Shown in pieces: positions 22,701 through 35,250 of a DNA stretch of 64,000 bases (position 1 is its first letter; every line of letters begins with the position of its first letter). A program made the position numbers and the translations under genes. The notes under the pieces were generated by a model. The model did not search any database. It saw only the letters and a program-made list of their open reading frames with translations, and was not told where the DNA came from. The stretch comes from Magallana gigas (taxonomy: Eukaryota), in NCBI RefSeq assembly GCF_963853765.1, contig NC_088856.1, forward strand, positions 28,582,001 to 28,646,000, in the 5' to 3' direction.

Positions 22701-25160
22701 AGCCCTTTGTGGGGCCCAATAATTGTTAAGGGGCAAAAATCTAAACAATTTTTTAAAAAAAATGACAATATGTCAAAATGCTTGCATATTCCATATGTTA
22801 TAACATTTGAGTTTTTGAGAATAATTTACCTTTTTTTCCTTTGTTAACTTTGATCCCCCCAAATGTGGCCCCACCCTACGGAAAATCCTGAAGACTATGA
22901 TTTTGACGGATTGAATTTACATTATATAAGATTTCTTTCACAAAAGTTAAAGCTTTTTTAGGCAAATGGTTTTTAGATGAAATAGGTCTTTTCTCTATAT
23001 CTTCCGATGTAAAAAAAATTCGGCCCAAAATCGTGGCCCTTCCTATATCCCAAGAATCATCATTTTAACAAACATGAATCTACCTACCTGAGGATGTTTC
23101 CACACAAGTTTCAACTTTCCTGGCCGATCGGTTTCTGAGAAGATTTCTAAAGATTTTTCTCAATTATTCCTATGTAAAAATTCACCAACCCACCTCCATT
23201 GTGGCCCCACTTTATCCCCGGGGATCATAATTTGAGAAACGATGCTTCCACACAAGTTTTCAGCTTTTTGCCCAATAAGTTTTTAAAAAAGAAGGTTTTT
23301 AGAGATGTACTGTATATATGTGTATGTAAAAATTCGACCTCCTATCCTAACTCCGGGGACCATGATATGAACAAACTTGAATCTACACGACCTGAGGAAG
23401 ATTTCACTTAAGCTTCTCAGCTTTTCTGGCCAAATGGTATTTGAGAAAAAGATATTTGAAAAGAACTAGCAAATTTTCAATAATTCTTAATAATCTCCCC
23501 TTGAAAAAGGCCGTGGCCTTTCATTTTAACAAATTTGAATCTCTTTCACCCAATACTGCTTTGTGCAAAGTTTGGTTGAAATTGGCCCAGTGATGATGGA
23601 AAAGAAAAAGTCACGGTATGAATGGCTTACCCCCTGCCGGGCAGGATTCTCCGTGTTGCAGAATGCAGTAATTCCCGGCTGGCCACCTGCCCCCTCTATC
23701 CCCAACATTTGCAATCTTTGTACAGTAGAAAAACTTCATATTTCTTCCAAAACTTCCTGTATTTTAGAAATGAAAATATTAAATTATTACATCAAATTAT
23801 GATTTTTAGAGATGTATGCTGTTGAGGAATAAATAATCATTGAATATTATGAGATTATATTTTTGTCGAGGCGTGATCAAGTCCAATTTATGATAAATTT
23901 GATCACTACTCTACCAATTAATTACCACCTCTTAATATTCAAAGAGCTATTCCTTATTACTTATTTTTATTTAGTTTTCAGCAAATGTACGATTATCTAT
24001 TAAAAAATTGACATTTTTACTTTATTTCCATTTCGTATATTTTATGCTAAACCCGTTTGCGCTCCAACATTTAGTCTACTTGGTCATTGATGAAATGAAT
24101 TGAACTATATGCTACAAGTTTGATTTGTGGTGTTATCACAAAGAATTTAATTCAGAGAGGATTAAAAGTACTCGATGGCCGTGGCCAAGGTTAGACTGTA
24201 TTGATCGCCTTTGGAAGAAGAGCTCTAGATATATAAAAATATAGGAAAATGCCCAAATTTAAACGGTAAATCTTATGGATTTTTTATTTGCTAAATAATT
24301 ATTTATATCTAAACAAATCATATCCGAAAAATTTAGGTTAGATTTAATGCATCAAAATATGAAATAAATTTACACAAAGTTGTCAGTCCTGTCACTGCAT
24401 AGTTAACTGCATAGTTAACAAAGCGTATTGTGTGCGCAAATAGTAGAATTCGCCGAATGCCTGATACTATACATGCAATTTTCATTTATATAGATCATAA
24501 TTATTTTTGAAGTATGAACCCTTTAAATTCTGAGATAAAAAGTAATGGCTATACATATACGTAATATAACGTTCAAATTAAGTGGTTAAAAGCACAGGCT
24601 AGAGTCGGTGGAATCTGTGATATTCTTAGGTATTTCACGTTTTCGTTAAAAACATATGCTTTTGTTCAACGTATTGCAGTCCTTTTTAAAGGACAGCAAC
24701 TTGTATGTGTTTTATTCGTACCGGCGAAATGAGGATCATAGGAAAAACTGTTCTTATTATTGCCATCCTCGTTGTCTTGGTAGGTCCAGCCTTCTCTCCA
24801 ACCGGGCGGACAGCCAGATTTTGGTTTAACCAAAGTGTATGTTCCGCTCGGCCATTCCACTGAAAGAGGTGTCCGTTTAGATATGTTCAAATCTTTAAAA
24901 TGATTTATATTTTGTAATAAGTTTAAAAGTATGAAACTTTCAGTTACTAGAACTAATGTTACTTCAAAGACTTTTTAGCAATACGGTTGTTTGTTCTTCG
25001 GTTACCAAATCTTTTAATTCAAAAAATTTTTTTGAAATCATAGAAATTCGTACAAAGAGCTACAGCAGCATTGCTGAAACCGTTTTTGAGTACCATGATG
25101 ATTACCTGCAATAGCTACGGATGTAAGACAGAGAACAACAATAGCGCAAAATGTTTCCAT
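19742..25160 (-). CDS. Secreted apextrin-like single ApeC-domain protein, 225 aa, 5 coding exons
   Basis: Exons 25160-25106 (METFCAIVVLCLTSVAIA, signal peptide), 24859-24722 (EWPSGTYTLVKPKSGCPPGWREGWTYQDNEDGNNKN), 23756-23631 (SFGRNMKFFYCTK...WPAGNYCILQHGESCPAG), 22226-22109 (FESGHVHWDDEDALNKNSHGGILPRGSFGRNTDIYYCCR) and 19982-19742 (NDGRYNTEILLPTAHPFYLL...CQMVKG...FDDEDTRNKN...YCYYTPLHTE*). All introns are GT-AG, phases 1,1,1,2 match, and the total is 678 nt. AATAAA overlaps the stop. Confidence 0.9.
21017..21879. repeat. Segment bounded by 19-bp direct repeat TATCTCACCTGTCAGGTAA, containing a degenerate ~22-bp minisatellite with TCCTATAGGA-like palindromic cores
   Basis: Identical 19-mers at 21017-21035 and 21861-21879. 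Repeated TTCC(N4-5)GGA cores occur at 21080-21133 and 21655-21840. Confidence 0.75.
21134..21630. mobile_element. Long-hairpin (foldback) non-autonomous element
   Basis: Inverted arms of ~70 bp (21138-21290) around the loop GAGGCTTTGCCGA. GAATA direct repeat at 21129-21133 and 21626-21630. The element interrupts the minisatellite. Confidence 0.75.
22423..23610 (+). mobile_element. Helentron-type non-autonomous element carrying Cg170/HindIII-like satellite (ApeC intron 3)
   Basis: 5' end TGGGCCATATCGCTCACCTGAG. Tandem units with GTGGCCCC at 22865, 23033 and 23201 (168-bp period) contain GATCATGA..AACAAA.TTGAATCTAC...CCTGAGGATG.TTCCACACAAGTTT. The 3' end is truncated. The family assignment is from recalled oyster repeat structure. 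Confidence 0.8.
23826..24080 (+). mobile_element. Hairpin-type element related to 53095-53398 (ApeC intron 2)
   Basis: Shares GAATATTATGAG...CTC.TAATATTCAA...TTCCTTATTACTT and AACCC(G/C)G.TTGC.C.CCAACA with the 53.1 kb copy. Confidence 0.6.
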
Positions 25161-25665
25161 AAGGAGACTGAAAAAGAGGGAACTGCTTTNNNNNNNNNNN
25201 NNNNNNNNNNNNNNNNNNNNNNNNNNNNNNNNNNNNNNNNNNNNNNNNNNNNNNNNNNNNNNNNNNNNNNNNNNNNNNNNNNNNNNNNNNNNNNNNNNNN
25301 NNNNNNNNNNNNNNNNNNNNNNNNNNNNNNNNNNNNNNNNTTGGGCTGCAATTACTGTGCTCTGTTACCATATTTCCTACATCAAAGTTCACATGATCTC
25401 GGCTATCAATTGAAAATAGTTAACAACCCAAGTGTGTTCATGCACACTTCATAGCTTTTTTTCAATGTTAGGCATGAATTTAGAAAACTTTTGGCAAACA
25501 GAAGAGCAAACGATATTTTTCGTTCAAATTTTCACAAAAACTTATATTAAGGACGAGATTATCGTATTCATAAATCAAATGTAAGCTTTGCTTCGACAAA
25601 TTCAATGTAACTAAATAAAATAAACGTTGAAATGTAAAAAATAAAATATCAAGCTTAATGCACTT

Positions 25666-25726
25666 ACCTGACTTTAAATGATACAATCTGCAATAGATAA
25701 ACTTGCACAAATGACAACCTTTTATA
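25666..25726 (-). promoter_or_regulatory. Putative TATA box and short non-coding first exon of the ApeC gene
   Basis: TATAAAAG at 25726-25719 and AG|GTAAGT donor at 25668/25667. An acceptor TTTTTCAG lies 7 nt upstream of the ATG at 25160. Confidence 0.45.
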
Positions 25727-26836
25727 CACGATTAACTGGCTAGACGGAAAACTTCTAAAAATATGTTACGTTTTTTTGTGTCATTTCTATTGTGATAAAT
25801 GTTTGTGAAGTTTACTGCACACCTTGCGTTAAAGATAATGTAAAAAGAGCAGGTTCAATTTTAAATGGTTTACAATTTGTTTGTTAATAATTCCTGCAAA
25901 AAATTCATCATTGTTAATTGCACAATTTTTAACTTCATTTTCAACACCGTGGTCCCTTGCTTCAAGGTTGCACATCCAGTGGTGGCCCTATGCCTATATC
26001 CTGCCAAAATCACGTACTTTGAAATTTTCAAAATGCGTATTTTTTTTCCAAAGTAGCGTTGCAACAGAGCTTTTTTATTACATCGGGCATACGTTCACAA
26101 AACATGATATGGTTAGTTTGGAATTGGTAACCGTTTTATAATTTGTGATTGTGTTATTTGTAACTGACATATTTATATGGGAATAAGGATTTTCAAAAGC
26201 AGAAAAAAAAATAAACAAAGTTTAGACGTTGTAGAACAAATCGAAACATTTAAATATAGGTTACCGGCTCCTCTTCATATAATATTGGAAAGAAAAATAA
26301 AAGTATACCATGTGATTTGTCGTGTTGTTGTTGTTGCTTCTTTGTTTGTATTTTGTGTTGGTTTGTTTTTTAAAATCAACACCAACTAAATACATGAATA
26401 GGTATAATTTTAAAAGAACTACTTGTATAACACATTGATGTATGCTACACATAATTATACATTCGTTCATTATTTATTAATTAACTTCAGTCATGTAGCC
26501 CATATGTATTAATATTTAATAAAAACTCCATACATGAAAGCATATGGAACCCAAAAAATTAAAATCATCCTGACGTTTTGAAGCAGTTACTGTCGCTTTT
26601 TTAAAGTATCAGTCACGATGAATTAACAAAATTAATATGTAAAGTTTAGTTAACAATTCATTTGATTTACATAATTATAATTTCAAAGAGTGTCATATCT
26701 GGTACTTTTATTTTTTTTTTTGTGTGGAAAATCCCCCTTCTAATAATTATTGTAACATTGCTCGTTGACTATTGTGATTTAACATATACTATCTATACTA
26801 GCTTCAGTAGATTGCTAGATTGCGAGCTTCCATTAT

Positions 26837-27160
26837 ATAAATAGTGCCTGCTTGGGAGGGTAACAGTTGAAATTGACACCTCGATAAAACCATTGTCAAC
26901 CGACCCGAAGCGGAGGTTGACAATGGTTTTCAAGGGGTGTCAATTTCAACAGTTTCCCTCCCAAACAGGCACTATTTATTTTATTATACTGAATGTCTTA
27001 AATTTAGAGAAAATTTTACTGCAACCGTATGCGCATAATTTACGCGCATGTAACAATTCGTTTTGTTACCCGTTGCCAAGTGTGTTACTTATTAGGCTGA
27101 GGGTAATAGAACGGATTATCAACTGCGTCTAAACCAATCAGATTTTAGTATTCAACATGA
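26837..27160. mobile_element. Long-hairpin element inserted in duplication copy B
   Basis: Arms ATAAATAGTGCCTG...CCATTGTCAACC / GGTTGACAATGG...CAGGCACTATTTAT (26837-26979), loop GACCCGAAGCGGA. Not seen in copy A. Confidence 0.75.
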
Positions 27161-29143
27161 AAGTATAATAATCTCATTTATTCTTCAACTGTTGCATAAT
27201 TATATTCTATACTTAATGGGTTAATGTTTTACAAATTGTTTTTTTTTTTTTGGTCAATTTTGTTAATTTTTCTATTGATTTTTAAAGTTAAAGAATTTAT
27301 CGCCTCTCTCCATCATTTCATTCTTTGGGCACACCAACCCCCGCCCTTTATCTGACATACTGGACTAAGATTTAAAATTCTCTGCTCTGGTTTGCTTTAA
27401 AATAGATTCACAAATTGAATGTATAGTTTGCATGGTATTCATATGAATTAAGGACAACGGATGAAAGTATATTTACCATATGTACTCATTTCTAAGATGT
27501 TTGTACAAAAGTTGCCATTAAATATGAATTATTTCGTCCTTTAAAATAAAACTTTTTAATTCTTAATTCTTTAGTGTTTTCTATGGCCATTTTAAATCAC
27601 GATCCAGATTGTAGTATTTTTTTTAAAAAAATGACCAAACCAAGGCGAGATGAGAATTTTCGTTTATCGATCTGGCTTACAAGATGATTTGTGATAATTC
27701 ATAATTGTAAAAGTAACATTTGACAATGCTGCACAATTACAATCAGCAAACAAAAACAATTAAAACAAAGTTTCGTTATATTTTCAGTCATGTTTTTAAT
27801 CTGATCAAAAATTACTTTATTCAATTCAATCATCACGTATTCGTTAAAACAAATCACATATACATGAAATCGTGAAAAAAAATTAAGTTTTTTTTATCAT
27901 TACTTCATGAATCTTTCACCCTCTCTGCTACCCTCTCACTTCCCTCTCTGGTGACTAGGAAATTGATCACAAAGATGACATCGTATAAACAAATGAATCT
28001 TTAAAAATTTAAGTTCACAAATATGTACAAGTAAGTCATGGTGATGATAAAAAATAAATAAATTAAAAAAAATGTAGCAACATAAAAAATTAGAAAATAA
28101 ATAGTATGTAAAATATGTCAAATACTTGCTTCAATACGAAAAACGGACAATGCTCATTAACAAAGACACATTACATGCATGATGAACGTCTAAAACACTA
28201 GTATTTAAAATATATTACATCTTCAATTTACATTGCTCTGTTTTTATTACTGTATACAAGGTTATTTTCAACCCGTGTAATTTTTGCCTTTCTTCACTTG
28301 CGAACGATTTCGCCCTGTCTTGATATTCGCCAAGACATAGGTTTGTTTAAAGAGATAATTTACGACCTTGGCATGCGCCCAGTCTTAAATTCGCCCCCAG
28401 ACAACGAGGGCGATAGGGGCGAAATAAAACGGGGGCGAAAATTTCCCTGTTTACAGTATTAAGTATGGAATCATATATTGAAATTGACAGAATTTTTCCA
28501 AATTGCGTTAGCGCACCACCAATGACATGTACCATCCAATAAAAAGATCAATCAACAATCCAACTATATAATCGACTGAAACAATCGATACATCGATATA
28601 TCGATCAATCAATCAGTCAGGAAATCTACAAAATATCTATACACAAATATATCACAGTAAGTTAGTTGTGTCCAATAAATATTTGGATGTTTTACATTAT
28701 CAAATAGTTACACCCCCCCCCCCTTTCCCTCGTTTGTTAAATAATTTTTCCCCGAGAGGCGATGGTCAAACATGGTTTACCACACGCAAGCATGCAGAGT
28801 AAAAACACAGTGCATCAATGAATGCTTACACCAATTGACTCTATGACTTTGATTACTAATGATTTTATACAAAAATACCCAGTTACAAAATTAACGAGAA
28901 AAAGAAAATGGTAAATATTAACAAAAACAATTTTGCATGCATTTTGAAGTTTCTTTGACTGCACAATGCATTAATAATTTTCCTAAGATTTCTTAAATGA
29001 ATCTGGTTATACAAATTTGAAAATGGTTTTCATGTAGCCTAATATATGTGTTTAAACAAACTTAATATTGTTAATATCCTAAGAGGTAGTGCTCTATCAC
29101 CTATAAACACTATGTTTACGTCAGCAGCGTGACGTCACCGTTG

Positions 29144-31111
29144 TCAAGATGGGATTGGTTGTCCGATCGTGTGCACTTGACCGTGACGGAGTGTGAAAAA
29201 TTTCTCTCTGTCGATTTTCTTTTTATCCAACTCTTCTCCAAGCTTGACTGGGGGCTCCAGGTAAAACTGACCAATAAGAAAATCAGATACAAATTACAAA
29301 CAACTCCCTTTTCAATGGGAATATGAATTATTGGTAATGAAGATAAACTGACCTCCCGTGTCATTTTGAAGGTTCCCCAGTGGATTCCCAGGGCGTGCCT
29401 CGCTTTGACATCCTCGTATACCTTCACTGCTTCTTCCGGGTCAACGTGCATAGGCCTCATAAACCATCTAAATCAAAGTGTTGAGAACTGCATTTAATAT
29501 AATATAATAATACGTCTAGTTGATGTTCATTGTCAGGTACACGTATGTGATAAAGTGACACAAAAGCTAAATTTCAGCACAACATACGACACGCACTTAA
29601 ATGGCATCGTTGATTAAACTAGATATATATAATCAAAAGGAATTATTAATATTTTTTATTCTGATTTGTTTTAAAAAATATTTAATTCAGGGGGCTGGAT
29701 TGGGAACAAATTATCCATCATATTTGACTTTAAAATTTCAGTTTAATATTTTTTAATTATCAATAAACTTTAATTGTTTTGAGAAGAAAAACACCTAGAT
29801 TCTAGTATATAAGTTGTCATGGCCATCCAGTCCTCTTTTTTTATTTTAAAAAGGGAGTATTAATTATTATTTATTACGAAGTTTAACCTTGGATAATATG
29901 CGCCAATGGGAATTGCGGCAAAGTCGATAGGACCATATTTTCTGCCAATCTGTTTGAACCCACTGCAGTAACCAGTGTCTCCAGCAAAGTAGAAGCTGTG
30001 TCGGGGTCCTTTAACAATCCAACTACACCACAGCGCCTGGGCACATGTAACCAACACAATCATATTACATGTAGTGATACACGTGTATATTGTACATGTG
30101 TAATAGACATATTAAATGATGTAAACGCTTTACTTGAATACATTCAACGTATATACTTTCATTTTACATAATCTGGTTAAATTCGTAATGCAACGTACAT
30201 CATTGTATACTTTCTATTAGTATATATCTTGCCACTTGAAATAACGTACCTTCATTGAATCCCACAAGGTTCGTTCACAACGATGTTGGCATGGTACACT
30301 AGCGAATTTAAAATCGGGTCTCCCTGGGAATTCTGCCTCCTCCCACCAAGACAGCTCCACCACATTTTTACAACCTGCGTTGATCATCCATTCCTTCGTT
30401 CCCGAGGCAACGAACCACGTGATCTTGTTGTCATATTTGGAATTGAGGCTCTTAACGCTTCCATGATCTAGGTGATCATAGTGATTGTGGCTAATGATGA
30501 TTGCGTCTATGTGGGGCAAGTCTTTAACTTTGCAGGGTGGGGGTCGATATCGTTTGGGTCCCAGAAACTGCACGGGGGAACACCTGTCACTAAATACAGG
30601 GTCCGCAAGAATTGTGAGTCCGTCCATTTGTACTAGAACGCTGGCGTGGCCTATCCACATGATCTGAATGTCCGATTCTGGTGGGTTTTTCAGTTTCTGG
30701 AAATTAGGGGTCTCTACGGGGAGAGTCTTGTCCAATTCCTGTGATGAAACAAATAAAGAAGAACAGGTTTTTTAAATAAAATAAAATTGAACACTTTAAT
30801 TTGGTACATGCCTTCATATGATAATTTTCAACACAGAAAAAATTAATAAAATTCAAAATGTTTAAAAGTGACATTCTAGTAGAATCGATGTCAGTACTAA
30901 AGTTCATGTTCTGTTCTTGCAGACTCTTGGGTTCATGATTTGGCTTTTTAATCAAACGTACCCTTGGACTCGGAATGTTGCTGTGATCTTCGCTTCTCAT
31001 GAGTTTCAGAAATGTTCCCATTCCTGGGGTGTCTTCCCAGGTGTCAAATGGGTTTTGGTACCTGCCGTTCTTAAAGATGGGGCGGATCAAGTCCTCCTCT
31101 GTACTGTCCAT
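29144..31111 (-). CDS. NAPEPLD: N-acyl-phosphatidylethanolamine-hydrolysing phospholipase D (metallo-beta-lactamase fold), 341 aa, 5 coding exons
   Basis: Exons 31111-30962, 30738-30250, 30036-29888, 29467-29353 and 29266-29144; all introns are GT-AG with consistent phases. Motifs [18 protein letters not shown] (HxHxDH), [34 protein letters not shown] and FYLEPP. A possible upstream UTR exon ends at the AG|GTAAGT at 31769. Confidence 0.95.
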
Positions 31112-32461
31112 TTCTTAATTCATAACATAATTTTAATGCATTGATTTTTTCACACTTATATATAAACAATAGCACACTGTCGGATCAGAGAAATAAATAA
31201 CGTTATTTATGTCTCTGGTCGGATACAATTAGTACTACAGTATCAGGCCTTCTATGGCAATTTTTACATCAAGAGAAATTTTACAGATTAACAAAGGCCT
31301 TTACGATTAACCGATATCTTATAGTTTAAGCTGTACGCCAAATAATTTTATATATTTAAAAAAAAAACCCACATGGATATACAATGAATTAAAGCAACAC
31401 ACAATGTTAATGCTTAAGTTGTAATGAATTTATTTCTTGGCGATCTGGCGCACCATACTGTCTTTCATACTGATTAGCTGAGGGTACATATGAATATTTA
31501 TGTTGTAAACAAAACACGGATGTAACAGTTTTAAAAATGCTTTCAGTGAATAAACATTTTAAAAGAAATAGAACGATTTTGGACGATGTACTGGTATTTA
31601 TATTTGATTTTCTTATTAGCTAATACCGCTGATTAGCTTTTAACCCAGTTTTAATAGTTATGTAAAATTTGATGATATAAAGCAATAATATAAATTCAAA
31701 TTATTAATTTTTGTTGGTATGCTCTGTTTTCATTGAAAGACATACAAATAATCAAAAAATTAACTTACCTTATGATTTTGACAGGCTTTTAATTATTGGA
31801 GACTTCAGAAGAAACAAACAGTCGTGTATTGGATAAAATTCCTCGAGCGATTCGCGTTCTAATTAGCGACCCTCAAAGTAAGTTTGGAAATCCAGGATAA
31901 TTACGCAATATCATATTTTTACCAACATGCATCATGGGACGATCTGCGATATCTAACGACAGTTTTCATGGATTCTTCATAACGGGTGCCATTATCTAGA
32001 ACAACTTGGGTATATTTATGTAAACATTCTGGTCAACCTGTACGGAAGCCCGGGAGAACCATAAAACAAAACTAATTTAAATTTATTCTGGTGTTTGTTT
32101 TTATAGATCGTAGATTCTTTGTAACTATTTTCTGTATGCTAAAATTAATTCAAACATATGCCAATCTTATTGTATTATTTTTCTTCTTAATATTTTACCA
32201 AAAAATCATATAACAAACATGAATTAAAAAGAGATAAGGTTTGCGTACTAATATTTCTATGTGATATGGACAACGTATATACATGTGTATTTGGAAAACG
32301 AGTTTTAAAATGTACACAGACTTAGATAGAAAACTAACTGTCAAATCATTACGTATATCTTTGCATGTGATCAAAAGCTAATCTACAGTAGCATGGGATG
32401 TAACACTAGATGATATACCGCGCAAATTATACGACTATGCCAGGATATATCAAGGAGCGTG

Positions 32462-33053
32462 CAGGGATAAAAAAAAAACTAAAACTGAAATAGATAACAT
32501 ATAAATGTACGTAGTCTTTATTTTCTCTATTTTTATTTTTACTTTTTTATTTTTTATTTTTTGTTGGTTTCAGCTGGCCGGAAAAAATCGCTATTTTATT
32601 TTATTTTTCAGACTAGTAATTTAGTTAAGGAATGAATTCAATATTTATTTGTTTTTTACGATATAAAATGGTTTGGGGCAGTTTACGCTTTATAAACCGC
32701 GAAGCGGTTTATATAAAAGCGTTACAAACTGTTTCAAACCATTTTATATCGTATAAAACTAATAAATATTGAATTCATTGCTTATAATTTAATTTTGTAC
32801 TCTTGATTGTAGATAAAAACGGTCATTTGACCTTTAAAATGACGTAAAATTGTACAAAATTCAAACGTAACGTCAGGCGTATTGATACATTTTTGACGTT
32901 AGTCTTACTATGACGTAGGCAACATTCTTTATACGATATAAAACAATTTTTTAGCCAATCAGAAAGCGCGTTACAACTAGAATTAAATTATTACGCCATA
33001 TCTTTGAATTTTGGATTTTATAAGTTTCAAATTTTACTTTATTTTTATCCCTG
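32462..33053. mobile_element. MITE with CAGGGATAAAAA TIRs and a nested hairpin element
   Basis: CAGGGATAAAAA (32462) / TTTTTATCCCTG (33053), with looser similarity extending to ~30 bp. No TSD found. Confidence 0.55.
32626..32995. mobile_element. Long-hairpin element with GCGAAGC apex
   Basis: Arms of ~75 bp, TAAGGAATGAATTCAATATTTATT...TATAAACC / GGTTTATA...AATAAATATTGAATTCATTGCTTA (32626-32784). Apex GCGAAGC at 32699-32705. Confidence 0.8.
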
Positions 33054-34886
33054 TCCCAAATAAGACTTGTCAAAGGACAGTGAATATGTTAAACCTGCTT
33101 CGTCCGATTTTTTTGTTATTATAGTATCAAAATGTTTTCTATACAAACCATTTAAATTAGAAAGTTATGGACTTTCTCCTATTTACACCAACAGAATCAG
33201 TCTCCTTTCAAAGTTAGAACTATTCAAAGTAAATAAAAATAATTTCTTTTTGGGCAAACGAAAAAACAAACCAAGATGCATCACGGGAATGTTAGAAAAG
33301 GAAACCGTTTGGTTTCGTCCCCCGAATAATTGGAGTTATTCAACCCGCGTGCTATGCATCGATTGTAAAGAAAGCAAACTTCAAAAATATTAGCGAACAA
33401 AATGTACACATGTTTATTTGTAATTTGTCTAATCATTTCGACCTTTATTTAAAGCGATGTCAAAGTCGTAATACCACCATACCCGTCTCATCGTCAGAGT
33501 TGAACTTTAACATGAGGCGAAATAACGCAGTACCCTTTTATGTCGTTTGTTTTGTTAGCAAATTTTGTACGTATTTTTTTTCATTGAAATTTGGTTTAAT
33601 TGACTGGAAAAATAACTGCAATGTCTATTACATGTATTATACATATACTTAGCATAACCATTGTTTAAAAGCGTGCAAAAATTGATATAAAATCGGACCA
33701 AGCAGCTTTAAGAAAAAATGATAAGACTTGCAAAGCCACACTAAAAAAAGAGGCCAACAGGTAAAAAAAATAATTTCCTTCCATCATAACTCGCAACTCG
33801 CAACTCTTAGTGAAACAAACTTATGTGCTACGTTCACGTTTACGTCTACGTTTACGATCTCCGATAGGTTAGTGAAACGGTCGCCTGGACATCCCGTTCT
33901 GGAATGATCTTTCCATCAAAACTAAAACTGTATCAAAATGTTCCATTTTATTTATTGACTTTTCTGTATCCAAGGAATCTGCCCGTGATGCATGATGAAC
34001 TCGTCTTACACTTTTCGCAAAGGCGTTAGTAAGTTAGTAAGTCAACCCGCTTCTTGGTTACCCCGTTCTAGAAAATTCTATCCCGTTTTCTCACCAGACG
34101 TTGTGCTAAATTCGCGAGAGAATTAGTTATATCCATCAAAACGAATACCGTGCATTCAAAAAAAGAATTGGCTTATTTTATTTATTTAACATTTGTCAAA
34201 TCTTAACACCTATTTGTACACTAAATACGTTTCAATTAAATATTTTCACTCTTTACGTATTCATTCAATATTATTTCATTGAAAGTACATATTTTCATGC
34301 AAACCGACCTGGATCTGCAAAAGCGTGTCCACCACCTTACTCTCATTTTCGCTATTTCGGGTTGGTTCATGGAAAATAAAAGTAGGTTTTTAATTAATGT
34401 TATAATTATTATCAGGTAAAATTCAATTATAGCTTAAGGAAATCATATCACTAGTGAGGAATATCAAAGGTGTAAACATTTAATCTATTATTAAATGCCG
34501 TGAGATTAAAACATTTATACAATTACACAATGATTCAAATCTCGGTTTTTTTCTTGAAAAGCATGTTAATTTTAATTAAACGTAAACTTCGCCTATTAAG
34601 AAAAAAGCTTGTTCATTATTGGCTATTTCATGTCAGTCTTTCCTTGAAAACGAGTACTTGTTCAGATTTAAAATTCTTAACAATAAAATCAAAAACATGT
34701 AAATTTTACACGTGATTTATCAGTGATATACAAAAATGCAATCGCAAGTACAAGTAGAATTAAAATAACTTTTGTTTTTCATGTTTTTGGAAACAAATAG
34801 CATGTTCTGTAAAATAGAAATCGGTGTGAACATAATGAAGTGCAGTAAACGGAACAATCTTATATTAAACCGAGACAACTTGAAAT

Positions 34887-34955
<69 letters not shown>

Positions 34956-35250
34956 TGTGTGTGTGGGTGTGTTTGTGTGTGCTGACATTCAGGGGCACAA
35001 GTTGATTGTACGCCAAGAATCGGTATTACAAATATAATTAGATGAAGTGGAAAAAAAAGTAATGTCAAGTTTTCAAAGGAGCATGACTTTCAACATCTGA
35101 GTGGTCTTACAAATACAAATGCCAAATGCCGTGGTTGAAGTTAAGCCTATTACAATCCATGGTGAGGACAATATATAATCGCTGGATATATTTCAATATT
35201 GATAAGTATACTATAGAAGCAGTCACGTTTATTCTCTCAAATGTTGATGT

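Noticed and set aside
22860-23460. CRISPR-like repeat-spacer array
   Set aside because: Units are contiguous 168-bp satellite monomers without unique spacers, in a eukaryotic context with no cas genes.
34720-35068. LSLSLS/ERERER ORFs (also 42577-42831)
   Set aside because: Translations of (GA)n microsatellites.
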